The position numbers were made by a program, and so were the translations under genes. A stretch of 57,429 nt of DNA, filler included, from Sphacelaria rigidula (Eukaryota): the NCBI GenBank assembly GCA_964200075.2. It is 8 parts of 8 records of this genome, joined end to end, with 100 filler letters (N's around TTAATTAATTAA, not from the genome) between each part and the next. Parts side by side here need not be neighbours in the genome. Positions count along the whole stretch, not along the records: positions 43,148 to 50,238 come from CAXNAA020016533.1; positions 50,339 to 57,429 come from CAXNAA020016534.1; 6 more parts are not named here. One strand, written 5' to 3'. Position 1 is the first letter of the stretch. Every line of letters starts with the position of its first letter. The notes beneath the pieces are model-generated. The model saw nothing but the letters and a program-made list of their open reading frames with translations, was not told the origin of the DNA and ran no database searches. Below are positions 47,727 through 57,429 of this stretch, piece by piece.

Positions 47727-50238
47727 TCTAGCTCCTGCCAGACGATCTGGACAAGAGGGTTATTCATTGAGGGACTTCTCCAGAACCCGCTGGCCTCAAG
47801 CTCGATAAAACTTCTCGTAGAGCTTGCGTTCACGAATGAAGCAACAGCAGCCCACTGGCTACACATCAAAGGCTACACGGTGGTGGTCATCATCCACAGT
47901 GTACAATGTCCCATAGTCATCATCCAGTATCCTACGTGATAAGCGCAACGACTTGGCACCATTTTGGGCTACAGCACCCTCAAAGCGAGTTCAAGACAGA
48001 CGAACGAGCTTGACAACCAACAAAAACCAACAAGCCGAATTTTCATGCGCCAAATCACAAAGAAATACCATACTCCAACGCTTATTTACTGGTCAACGCC
48101 CGAGTCAACCGCAGTTTACGCAGTTCCTTGACAACAAATTCAGGCGCCGGAGAATGATTTTTCCGAAGAGACTCCCCCGGACGTTCTTCGGAATCGAAGC
48201 CATCCCAATCGACCAAAACTATGACATTTCCATCATCGTCCTCTGCGATGTGCACCAAAGCATTCATCCGACACTCCCCCTGAGCATACGAATGCTGAAA
48301 AACATCTTTGAGTCCCGCAGTGATGTGTAACTGTGAGTCAGCATAAAAACGTAAACGAGCGACATGAGTCGAGTGGACGGCGCCAGAAACAATATTCTGC
48401 ACCGAATACACGTGAGCGTGATCGGCTCCGATCACTCGCCACGGACCTGTTCATGTGGATATCAGTTTTGGCGTCCCACCTTGCCTACGAGCACGAGCAT
48501 ACAAAACAAAATCACCAACCGCAAATTTGGGCAACACAGCTTGGCCCTGAGCAAGCTTACGTTTAGTTTCTCGGGACACCGCAACAGCTGCTTGCACTTC
48601 TTTGCAAAACCTCACTTGCTCTTCAACGACGTTCTTAACCTTGTCACGCAACGCGTCAGCATTCATGACATCGATTTCCACTCGCCGTCAGTGGCAGAAA
48701 CCAACGCTGAAAACGCGGCACGCGGCGCCCGTCCAAACATCACACAGTATGGAGTGTTGCGGTATCGTTCACGAAAAGACGTATTCAGCGCCCACTGAGC
48801 TGCCGGTAGAACATTAACCCAATCCGACACCGGTCGTCTCTGTTCTGATAAAATAGACCTCAGCGCACGAATAACCTCCTTCACCATACGTTCACATGTA
48901 CCGTTTGACCATGGGGTGTATGCAACAGCAAGTTGTTTCACCTGGAGCGCGTCGCTCAGATGCGCTATCACTCGATTTTTGAAATGCGAAGGTGTATCGC
49001 TCACCCACACCCGTGGCACCCCCAAAGCCTTACACCACTGCAACAAATATTGAGCCATGACCTCGGCTACACAAGCTCCGGTCGGCTCCAGACAAACGAA
49101 ATCAGATAAATCATCCATTATGACTAGTAGGTATCGAAAACCATCGTCCTCAGGTAAACCATAATCACCTTCAGGCCCGCTACTCCCGACGTAGAGAAAG
49201 TCAAAGTGAACCACCTCACCTGGCGCAGTACCAGGCACAGTATCGCCAAACGGACGAGGTACAATTTCACCAGCACAAGTGTCTACACAGTGTAAACACT
49301 GGCGAACAAACTCGCGAACCTGAGAATCCATGTGAGGCCACACACAGTATTCTTTCAGACGAAACAAAGTCGGCGTCACACCACGGTGCCCAGCCGATCT
49401 CATGTGAGCGCACACCATCAGGCGATTTTGCAGAGTCTTATCCTCTGGCGGAATCCACAAAACATCACGACTGCCAACATGCACCCGAAACACACCATCA
49501 TCAGCCAAGGTAGCTTGACCGAAGTTCGTGGGAGAAGAAGTAACACCGTCGCCGACTGTTTTCCGCTGCGCATTGCGAATGACATCTAACGAGGGCAGCG
49601 AATCATCAGCATCATACGGGGTGTACACAGCAACGGAACGAATAGGTACGGTAGGGACCTGTACCCAACGAGACATCAAATCTCCCCAACCATTTTGTTT
49701 CTCCCGGGATGTGTTCAATTGCGTATCGGTACTGACCTAGCACACCTTCCCAATTCTCCAGTCTCTGTGCCATGGCTTTTGTGACCGAGGTGACACACTC
49801 CTCAGGGTTGAAAATGTACTTCAGATTCCGATGATCAGTGAAGATACGAACACCACACCAGAGCAAATACTCGAGTCTACGGAATGTGTTTACAATCGCG
49901 AAACCTTCCTCATTCACTGTCGCCCACCGCAACTGTGAACCCTTGAAACTACCACTCAGAAACCCCAAAGGTTCGTGTGACATATTTTCCAACGCCATGC
50001 CACTATTAAACTCTGTGACAGGCACCTGTGTCAGGAAAGACCCCCAGTGAAGGTCACTTGCATCGGGGAACATTAACACAACGCACCCAGGACGAGGATG
50101 ATACAGTGGGGCCGCTTGCGCCACCAAATCCTGCGCTGCACGCCATGCCCGCACCCGATCCTCCGTCCAGGCGTCCTCCGGAATGACACGATTTCGCGCC
50201 ACCCGCTTGGTCCTACGCGACGCCCCTGCCATCAGTTG
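47727..50238 (-). mobile_element. Degenerate Ty3/Gypsy LTR retrotransposon with chromodomain: RNase H, integrase, chromodomain, 3' LTR (47727-47973)
   Basis: FPDAS...FLSGSF...IFTDHRNL (RNase H); HMRSAGHRG...CLHC zinc finger; HFDF, VSD and SNGTCER (DDE); LVDWDGFDSEE (chromodomain). Several frameshifts; truncated by the spacer. Confidence 0.93.
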
Positions 50239-50338
50239 NNNNNNNNNNNNNNNNNNNNNNNNNNNNNNNNNNNNNNNNNNNNTTAATTAATTAANNNNNN
50301 NNNNNNNNNNNNNNNNNNNNNNNNNNNNNNNNNNNNNN

Positions 50339-50506
50339 CAGGGCATCCCCGTTTGCAGATCTATTCGGGATATCCCCAGCACATTGGAATAGTAATCCCG
50401 GCGTACTCTCGCATATTTTTATGAAGTCGTGTTCTGGATGAGATAAAGGGATCCTAACAAATCTAACCTCAGAAAATATTTGTGTACGCCTACCGTAGCA
50501 TCACTC
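50339..50506. mobile_element. Third (partial) copy of the Sola-like MITE
   Basis: Matches 45158-45328 and ends CGTAGCATCACTC. Confidence 0.7.
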
Positions 50507-51075
50507 TCTTATTCCATTTTGGTTTTGCTCTTTTTTTGTTGTTTTGGGTCGGCCATCTATCTCTGTATGTGCTTTGTTTTTATTTACTTTTTAATTTCAT
50601 TTTTTTTAACGTATGAGTCTACTTTATCGTTCTGTTCGACTTTTTTTTTTCTGTTCCTTCTTTTCTTGAGCGAGTCTTTCAGTTTTGCTTTTCTTGGGTA
50701 CGTCTACTATGCGACCACGGCTTGACCCCTGGGGAGTCAGTGAAACTGCGACGATAAATCAAATCAATCGATCAATCACATACGCGATGGTTTGCAACGC
50801 ACATTTGGAGGGTTCGGGTGAACACCGTTCAAACCCTGAGTCCATACTTGCGTTTAGCAGTGGCAACACGTTCACTCGTAATGGAAAATAGTTGACAACG
50901 CAAAATAACGCTTCCGTGCCTCCACCTGCCACACGAAGCAACGTCGAAGTAGAGTGACCCTATGTAATGGGTTCCCTTCCAGATTCGCCCTTCTCGCACG
51001 TGTGTCGGTTGCCTGAATAGATGTCATTGATCAACTGAATGGTGTATGCCATCTTTCATCCTGTCGAAGCATTAC

Positions 51076-51362
51076 CTGGCCCTCTGTAGGTCCGTCGGAG
51101 CCCTGCCCCACCTCAGCTTCAAGATCCATGTGGCTCATCGCACCACTCCGAGTTGCCCCTGCATCATCACTGTTTGCTATTGCCATATCGGGCTGTTCAT
51201 GGGGTCTGCTCTTCGATAGCCTGTAGTATTTCTCCTCGCTAGCTGCCAGGGTTAAGACTTCGGCATCAGTAAATATGCCACGGGCATACCCTACCTCAAC
51301 AAGATCTGCCAACGTCCGCAAGCCGACGTTCCCATTGACAGCGCCCCACAAGTTGGCCGCTC
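51076..51362 (-). CDS. Orphan multi-exon gene, exon
   Basis: CAG|ga-AANLWGAVNGNVGLRTLADL...PTEGQ|GTAATG; phase matches 51948-52209. Confidence 0.6.
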
Positions 51363-51581
51363 CTGGCGTACGGTGCGGAAGGGATACAAGCACAGCGTTT
51401 TGCGCGAGCGCGTATCTCTGTTGACGTGAAGGGCGATACGAAATCGATACCCTAGAGAAAACCCTACATACAACTGAAATTCTGGCTACACCGTTGAAAT
51501 AGAAGATCAACGTCAATCGAACACGTGGACGACGTTTGAGTGATGACAAAGACACAAAAAGTGATGCACTTCAGACGATTT

Positions 51582-51814
51582 TTACGATAGCCCCCCCCCA
51601 AAACCAGCTCAAAAGTGTCACGAAAAACATGGTCATACAGCGCCTGATGTTTGGGTTCAGGCTGCATGTAGCGCCTCATATGGGCAACATTGGGGAGAAC
51701 GAACCTAAGCGTGGGAATTCCCAGCCGCTCGTTGTCCTCGGCGTTTTCCATTTCAATTCACGTGAAGATTTTGCCTCCCCAAACGAGGCACTTTTCTGGA
51801 GGGGGCTATCGTAG
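51582..51814. mobile_element. MITE of about 233 bp, CGATAGCCCCC TIR, copy 1
   Basis: TACGATAGCCCCC / GGGGGCTATCGTA; homologous to 55393-55626. Confidence 0.75.
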
Positions 51815-51947
51815 AAAGTGTCTTCACCACTGTCAGGAGAACCGCCATCAATTCTCTCTGTTGAAATGTGCCCCGTGAGCGCGCAATAGCACATCCTCTT
51901 AATTCATATCGTATAAAATAACTGGATTACTGCTCCCGTAGGGGTAC

Positions 51948-52209
51948 CTTTAACGAGAAGCACGGTCTTGGTTGCGACTAAAGGAGAAACACGAACGAAT
52001 GCATCGGCCATTTCGCGACCTCCGCCGGACTTCGACTCGGTCGAAGCTGTTCCAGGATTTAGTCTCAACCCGCTTCCGTCCTCTCCTTCCTCGAGAAAGG
52101 GTGCTTGCTCCCCTCGTGCCATGCAGTTCAGAACGGCATGTCGAACGACGGCCTTGAAGGAAAATGCTGAAGCTTCTTTGGGCAGAGAAGCTCCTGGAGA
52201 GCACTCAAT
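51948..52209 (-). CDS. Orphan multi-exon gene, exon
   Basis: TTCCAG|IECSPGASLPKEASAFSFKAVVRHAVLNC...KTVLLVK-g|GTACCC. Confidence 0.6.
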
Positions 52210-52596
52210 CTGGAACGAAGTATATATCAAGCAAAGCGCATCTAAGGACGTTACCTACTCATCTCTGGAATTATGAGTCGGGTATACTTTGGTAAAAGGG
52301 TTTGCCGCGGGTAGGCATTCTGAAACATGCTGCTATACATAATATGATGAGATGAAGTGTTGGTACCTTGGTTGAGGAACGTGACCTCGTGCCTGCGCCT
52401 GAAATATACATTATTACATATATCTGTATATATCTCGATACAGTTCAGCTGAGATAGACCACGGTACGATGACACATTTAAGACCTCTGTACAGTCCGAA
52501 CGTGTGCTGCTATTTTCCAACTCGCGTCGGTGCACGAATCCGGAGGTTTGTGAGAAAATGGACCGCAACCACATCAGGCGCTGGCACGGTAAATAC

Positions 52597-52887
52597 CTTC
52601 GCGCACATACGCGTAGCGCCGGCTTCCATCACGACTAAACCAACGCCTTCCAAAGCACACGCCAATTGGAATGAAGATTCCGGACCGCCTGATCCGTTTA
52701 ATAAAGAGAGACGAATAGAGAGCCTGGGCATTCTGTCGTGCAATTGCGTAACATTTTCCCCACCGGAACCTACGCTTGGATTAACGGTCGTAGACGGAAT
52801 AATTACACGAATGGTACGTGAACTGGAAGAAGCTGCATTGCTGCCTTTGCTTTCTGTCGCGATCAAACCATTGATGAACATTTCGGG
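52597..52887 (-). CDS. Orphan multi-exon gene, exon segment downstream of the LTR insertion
   Basis: PEMFINGLIAT...AGATRMCAK|GTATTT, phase 0 into 52209. Confidence 0.5.
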
Positions 52888-52888
52888 C

Positions 52889-53184
52889 TGTAGCCTCTGC
52901 CAGACGATCTGGACAAGAGGGCTGTCCACGAGAGACTCCTCCAGTAGCACTGGCCTCGTGCTCGACAAGTCCTTTCTTCACACTTGTTATTATCACGGAG
53001 TGATACAGAAACAGACCGCACCATGAGCCAGACAGCGAGGGGCCGCACAGATCAGGGCCATCAATCCAGAATCCCCTGTCCCCTGCCTTTGCTTCAATCA
53101 CCCATGCGATTATCCTGAAACCTACTGCTTGGTTTTCGGCTACTGCACCCTCAAAGCGAGTTCAAGACAAACGATTCGGCTACA
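52889..53184 (-). mobile_element. Internally deleted Gypsy derivative: 10 nt of 5' LTR, pre-LTR segment, full 3' LTR
   Basis: TGTAGCC / GGCTACA termini; LTR homologous to 47727-47973 and 56039-56295. Confidence 0.8.
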
Positions 53185-53348
53185 GGACACAGCCCTTCGA
53201 GGGGAAATGTCCATGCTCCCATAGCGTGCCGATGTGCTTCAAATATGTCTATATCGCTTGCACGAAACGAGGAACGAAACAACCGACTCGTGCGCGGAAA
53301 CACCACCCAGAACGAAACGTCCGGGGGGATGTCGTACCCTTCTTGCCC
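53184..53348 (-). CDS. Orphan multi-exon gene, exon segment upstream of the LTR insertion
   Basis: CAG|GQEGYDIPPDVSFWVVFPRTSRLFRSSF...WTFPLEGLCP. Confidence 0.45.
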
Positions 53349-54280
53349 CTGACCCACAGAAGTGAGGCAATACAGCTGCTACGCACTCTTGTCATGGCTT
53401 TGTATTCTGCAATTTTGCGTCTGCTGTTGTGCCCCTAGTTGCCAAGTTACACTGTGCATTGTGTCCTCATTGCGGTGCTACCGTACAGGGTCTTGCACCT
53501 GCACATTAAAGTTGACTGTACAAACGGATTATTTTCACCGTTTCTTTTCTCCACGATTCCCGGTGTTTGGGATCTGTTCCCTCGATCTACCTAACATAAT
53601 ACGCTACGCACAGTTATGGTCATTCACGATAGGTGCCGGAAAGAGCTTACCCTCTCGGAGCATGCCACGACACTCTGAACGAAGTACCACCAGGGGGTTA
53701 CAAGGCAGAGACAGCTGCCTCAAGAACTGCGGTTTCGTGTGTGCAGTAGCGGAGGGGGGAGAAGAACGCGCGCGTGTGTCCATCGGTGCCATTCACGAAC
53801 GTCCGCCGCATGTCAGCGAGGTTAATATGCAGTCGATACGGTCAACTTTGACAGCTATTTTCGATGATTACGCTTAACTCGGCGTTGGTACAGCAACCGT
53901 TCAAACACTGTGAGCGTAGTACTGTCTCACGGTGTATAACCTTAACGTTTGGCCACGATTTCGGCGCAGTGAATCATGAGCCCACAAGCTATGGACGCGC
54001 TCGCCGGCTGTTTTGTGGCACTGTGGTGCGCCGTGCAGTAGCACTGGCAATTGTAAAAACACAGGCCAGGTGAGCGCGGCGTTAATGGAAACTGCCAAGG
54101 TTATGTTGTGTCGGGTATACCCGGAAGCGGGAGATTGATTGGCATGCTAAACCATACCATCAAGTGTATAGAACGTCCCGGTCTGGTTCGACATAGTGTC
54201 GAGCCCTGTTCCGAACATTCAGGTATGGTCCGGAATGGTATTCGCCGATAAAATGATCGCTTTTATACTGCTGTAAAACA

Positions 54281-54556
54281 ACCAAATCTTCGAAGTATGC
54301 TCCCATTTCTTCACTTGCTGATAGCTATTGACAACTACTACACGCCATACAAATTTGGACTTCGATAACCGAAATATCGGGGTCCTATGTGAAAAACCAA
54401 TTTCGGGGGATTTCAGGTGTCCGATCGGACCCCAAATTGGTTTTTCACATAGGACCCCGATATTTCGGTTATCGAAGTCCAAATTTGTATGGCGTGTAGT
54501 CGTTTTCAATAGCTATCAGCAAGTGAAGAAATGGGAGCATACTTCGAAGGTTTGGT
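54281..54556. repeat. Near-perfect 276-bp palindrome
   Basis: Arms of about 122 bp with 3 mismatches by eye; loop of about 32 nt. Confidence 0.95.
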
Positions 54557-54802
54557 GTGGATACGAAGATTTTATATCTTCGGGTTCTCATCCCCAATAG
54601 AAGATCCATCCCCAATTTGTAAAACCCTGTGTTCATACCCAATTTTTCAGCCGATATACCCTGCAGAAACACCCTTGAGAACTACAATGTGTGGCTGCTG
54701 AAGACAAGGAGCACAAAAATATCTCGATTCAGCAAATAGTCCATCAGTGCACATCAAGTACGCGTTCGTGCAGCTTGTTTATGGACAAACTTCGAGTCTC
54801 AC

Positions 54803-54931
54803 CTTGCAAACGTTTGTGACGTCCTGCGAGGTGACCAGTGGCAGCGAACCAGGTGTGGCCGGCCACGACAATTTCAAAGAGCCAATCGCTCGAGAAAAGT
54901 GTTTTGCGACAGCAGCGGGAGAAAACATATC
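54803..54931 (-). CDS. Probable exon, possibly of the same orphan gene
   Basis: CTCAG|DMFSPAAVAKHFSRAIGSLKLSWPATPGSLPLVTSQDVTNVCK|GTGAGA; 129 nt, phase 0/0. Confidence 0.5.
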
Positions 54932-55254
54932 CTGAGTGAGCCAAGAGTCCGCCCCCGAAACGTTAGAGATTTGAGCGGCAAGGCGATAGGGGAGGTGGGT
55001 TGCTGTCTTAATCACATCGGTACGTAGGCTCCTGGGCAACTGCAGTCAGCGGGCTTGAGCATACACGGCATCATATTTCTATAGTAATCCTTGGGAGAGG
55101 ATATCCTCAAAGGGGGGCCTGAGTACGATAAATCTCGACGACATATCGAAGTAAAAATCTTGAAGATTCTAACTTCTGCACACGTGCAAGAGGAAATGTA
55201 GACGCCATGCCTCTGTAGTATCCCCTTCCGCAAGAGTCGTCTCGGTGCTCCTAT

Positions 55255-55378
55255 TATCTTATTTCCCAATATGGTTTTGAAATTCAGCCCCTGTCCTAGT
55301 GTCTTATCCTCCAACACGGTTTGGATTTCAGCCCCTGTCCTAGCGTCTTATCTCCCAATATGATTTGGAAATTCAGCT
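55255..55378. repeat. Minisatellite of about 45 bp, about 2.5 copies
   Basis: TTCAGCCCCTGTCCTAGxGTCTTATC repeated. Confidence 0.8.
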
Positions 55379-55392
55379 ACTTAGGACTGGTG

Positions 55393-55626
55393 CCGCGATA
55401 GCTCCCCCTCCAAAACCAGCCCGAATACTGTCGCAAAAAAATGATCATACAGCGGATGATTGCTGGTTTCAGATTGCATGTAGCGCCTCATACGAGCGAC
55501 ATTGGCTAAAATGATCCCATGCATGGGAGTTTCCAGCTGCTCGCTGTGCTCAGTTTTTGCCATTTTTATTCGCCTGTGGACTTTGCCACTTCAAACCCGC
55601 CGATTTTCTCGAGGGGGCTATCGCGG
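55393..55626. mobile_element. MITE of about 233 bp, copy 2
   Basis: CCGCGATAGC / GCTATCGCGG; flanks TG/TA. Confidence 0.75.
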
Positions 55627-56038
55627 TATCACTCCTGGCGGGGTCTTCACTTTTTCCGTTGTATCACCTTCGTGTCGAGGAGAACTCCGTGTGCAACCAT
55701 CATCCGCGCCTTACCAGCTGTTGCCCCACTGCGTTCTCTGTTCATATCCGGTTGCTCTTCCTCAACCGAGCAGACCTGCTCATGGTCATTGTTGCGCGAA
55801 GTTGATACTTTGGGCGTCATCATTTTTAAACGAGTGGCGGATACTTTGTAACAGAAGGTGCATTTGCAGGGCATTAGCGCCCGTAGGATCAAACGCTATC
55901 GCATCCCAAACACACCGACTGCGACATCATTTCAAACAGCATGTGATTAGGTCGACTTCACTTCGAATGTGCACCAGGCAGACGACATGCACTCAATACT
56001 CCTTTTCCACGCCCGGCTGCGACTGTCACGCAGAGACC

Positions 56039-56625
56039 TATTGCCTCTGCCAGACGATCTGGACAAGATAACTATTTACGAGGGACTCCTCCAGTAGCAC
56101 TGGCCTCGTGCTCGACAAGTCCTTTCTTCTCACTTGCTATTATCGCGGAGTGATCTTCAACAGACCACGTCACAAGCCAGCAGCAAGGGGCCACACAGAT
56201 AAGGGTAATCAATCCAGGATCCCCTACCCCCTGCGACTGCTCCAATCGTGCATGCGATTATACTGAAACCTACGGCGTGGTATCATTTGGCTACAGCACC
56301 CCTAAGCGAGTTCAAGACGGACGAACGAGCTTGACAACCAACACAAACCAAGGCGAAATCGCATTCGCTAGATCACAAAGAAATACCATACTCCGACGCT
56401 AAGTTACTGGTCAGCGCCCGAGTCAACCGCGTTTTACGCAGTTCCTTCAAAACAAATTCAGGCGCAGAAGAATCTTGCGAAGAGACTCTCACGTATGTTC
56501 TTCAGCACCGAACCCTTCCCAATCGACTAAAACAATGACATCACCATTGTGATCCTCAGCGACGTGCACCAAAGCATTCATTCGACATTCACCTTGAGCA
56601 TACGAATGCTGAAATACATATTTTA
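56039..56625 (-). mobile_element. Gypsy 3' end: chromodomain fragment plus LTR (56039-56295)
   Basis: VFQHSYAQGECRMNALVHVAED...VLVDWEGFGAEEHT, homologous to 48082-48310. Confidence 0.85.
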
Positions 56626-57386
56626 CCACTACTTCGGAGACATGTACACACAAGGACGGTCGGGCTATGACCTCCGATGAATTGCTTGATGCTGTGAAGC
56701 AGCACGCCGGGTATACTACAACCGGTGGAAAGCATGACGCTACGCGGGCTGCAGCAGACCTCTCCATCACATGGCTTCGGTGAAAAAGGTCTCGCGCAAA
56801 AACTACACTCCTACCCAATCACCCAAAGCAAAAAGCCCAGGAAACAGATTGCTGCTCATCTATTTCGACCTCACTAGAGTATGACCACTTTCACATCGAA
56901 ATCACGAATACCGTTGCCTGCTACAGTAGCAATAGTCCGACGTTGCGCTTCCCAGTGCTCCACTCTCACAAGTTCGAGCTGAAGGGTGGAGGCTCGACCC
57001 CAAAGTCAAAGGTGTAAGCTAAGGTTTTTCTTATAACGCGAACCTCTGACTTACTGCCAACGTGGAACCTCAGCATTTGACTAGACATTTCGATCCGACA
57101 CGTGAATTCCCCTCTTGTATTTTAGGTTGAACTTAGAGGTCTTATGAGTTGTCGTACGGTGGAGGGGGGGCGAGGGGGTATTTTTGTGGCATTTTGTTTC
57201 ATCAAATTCCACTTCATATTGTTGAAAGCAGCAACGGTTGTTCGAACGAGCTTGTTACCGACGAGCATCGCTTATTCATACTACTTGACACTGTTTTTTC
57301 CCTGATAAAAACGCACCGCGAGTGTGCTAGGTCGTCAGACACATATATGAGCCTTCTTTTTCGTAAAATCACCCCCCCCCCCCTCC

Positions 57387-57429
57387 GTCTCGAAAGGGAT
57401 GCGTGGTCAATGGTCAAATGACTAAGGCA
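57387..57429 (+). mobile_element. C-tract-associated short repeat, subfamily A (cut by window end)
   Basis: (C)n-GTCTCGAAAGGGATGCGTGGTCAATGGTCAAATGACTAAGGCA. Confidence 0.8.

Noticed and set aside
54219-54600. Two similar ORFs on opposite strands as duplicated genes
   Set aside because: A consequence of the palindrome.

Overview
Eukaryotic, repeat-rich and intron-rich DNA, most likely a brown alga or related stramenopile (inferred from the histone sequences, short exons in multi-kb GT-AG introns and the repeat landscape; not verified by a search). The window is not one locus. It is eight unrelated contigs (one of 7092 bp, seven of 7091 bp) joined by 100-bp N44-TTAATTAATTAA-N44 spacers, so nothing can be inferred across spacers. 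Supported genes: a divergent, intronless H2B/H2A pair, each followed by a histone-type 3' stem-loop; a single-exon, very regular PPR protein with a late frameshift; three exons of an ATM1/ABCB7-type ABC transporter; four exons of a fatty acyl-AMP ligase (FAAL)-type enzyme; a multi-exon orphan gene; and one probable His-rich exon. The rest is mobile DNA: a degenerate chromodomain Ty3/Gypsy element and its LTRs, a LINE fragment, two tRNA-derived SINE families, and non-autonomous DNA transposons with mariner-, piggyBac-, Harbinger-, hAT- and Sola-like ends. Most intriguing: (1) a very abundant 60-110-nt retroposon-like family with a conserved stem-loop that ends in or inserts at poly(C) tracts; (2) a PPR whose code residues read YAAYUAAAYAUGGG, which contains an AUG; (3) histone stem-loops followed by a positionally shared downstream motif; (4) an LTR-derived insertion in an exon whose ends form an in-frame GT...AG intron; (5) a near-perfect 276-bp palindrome.
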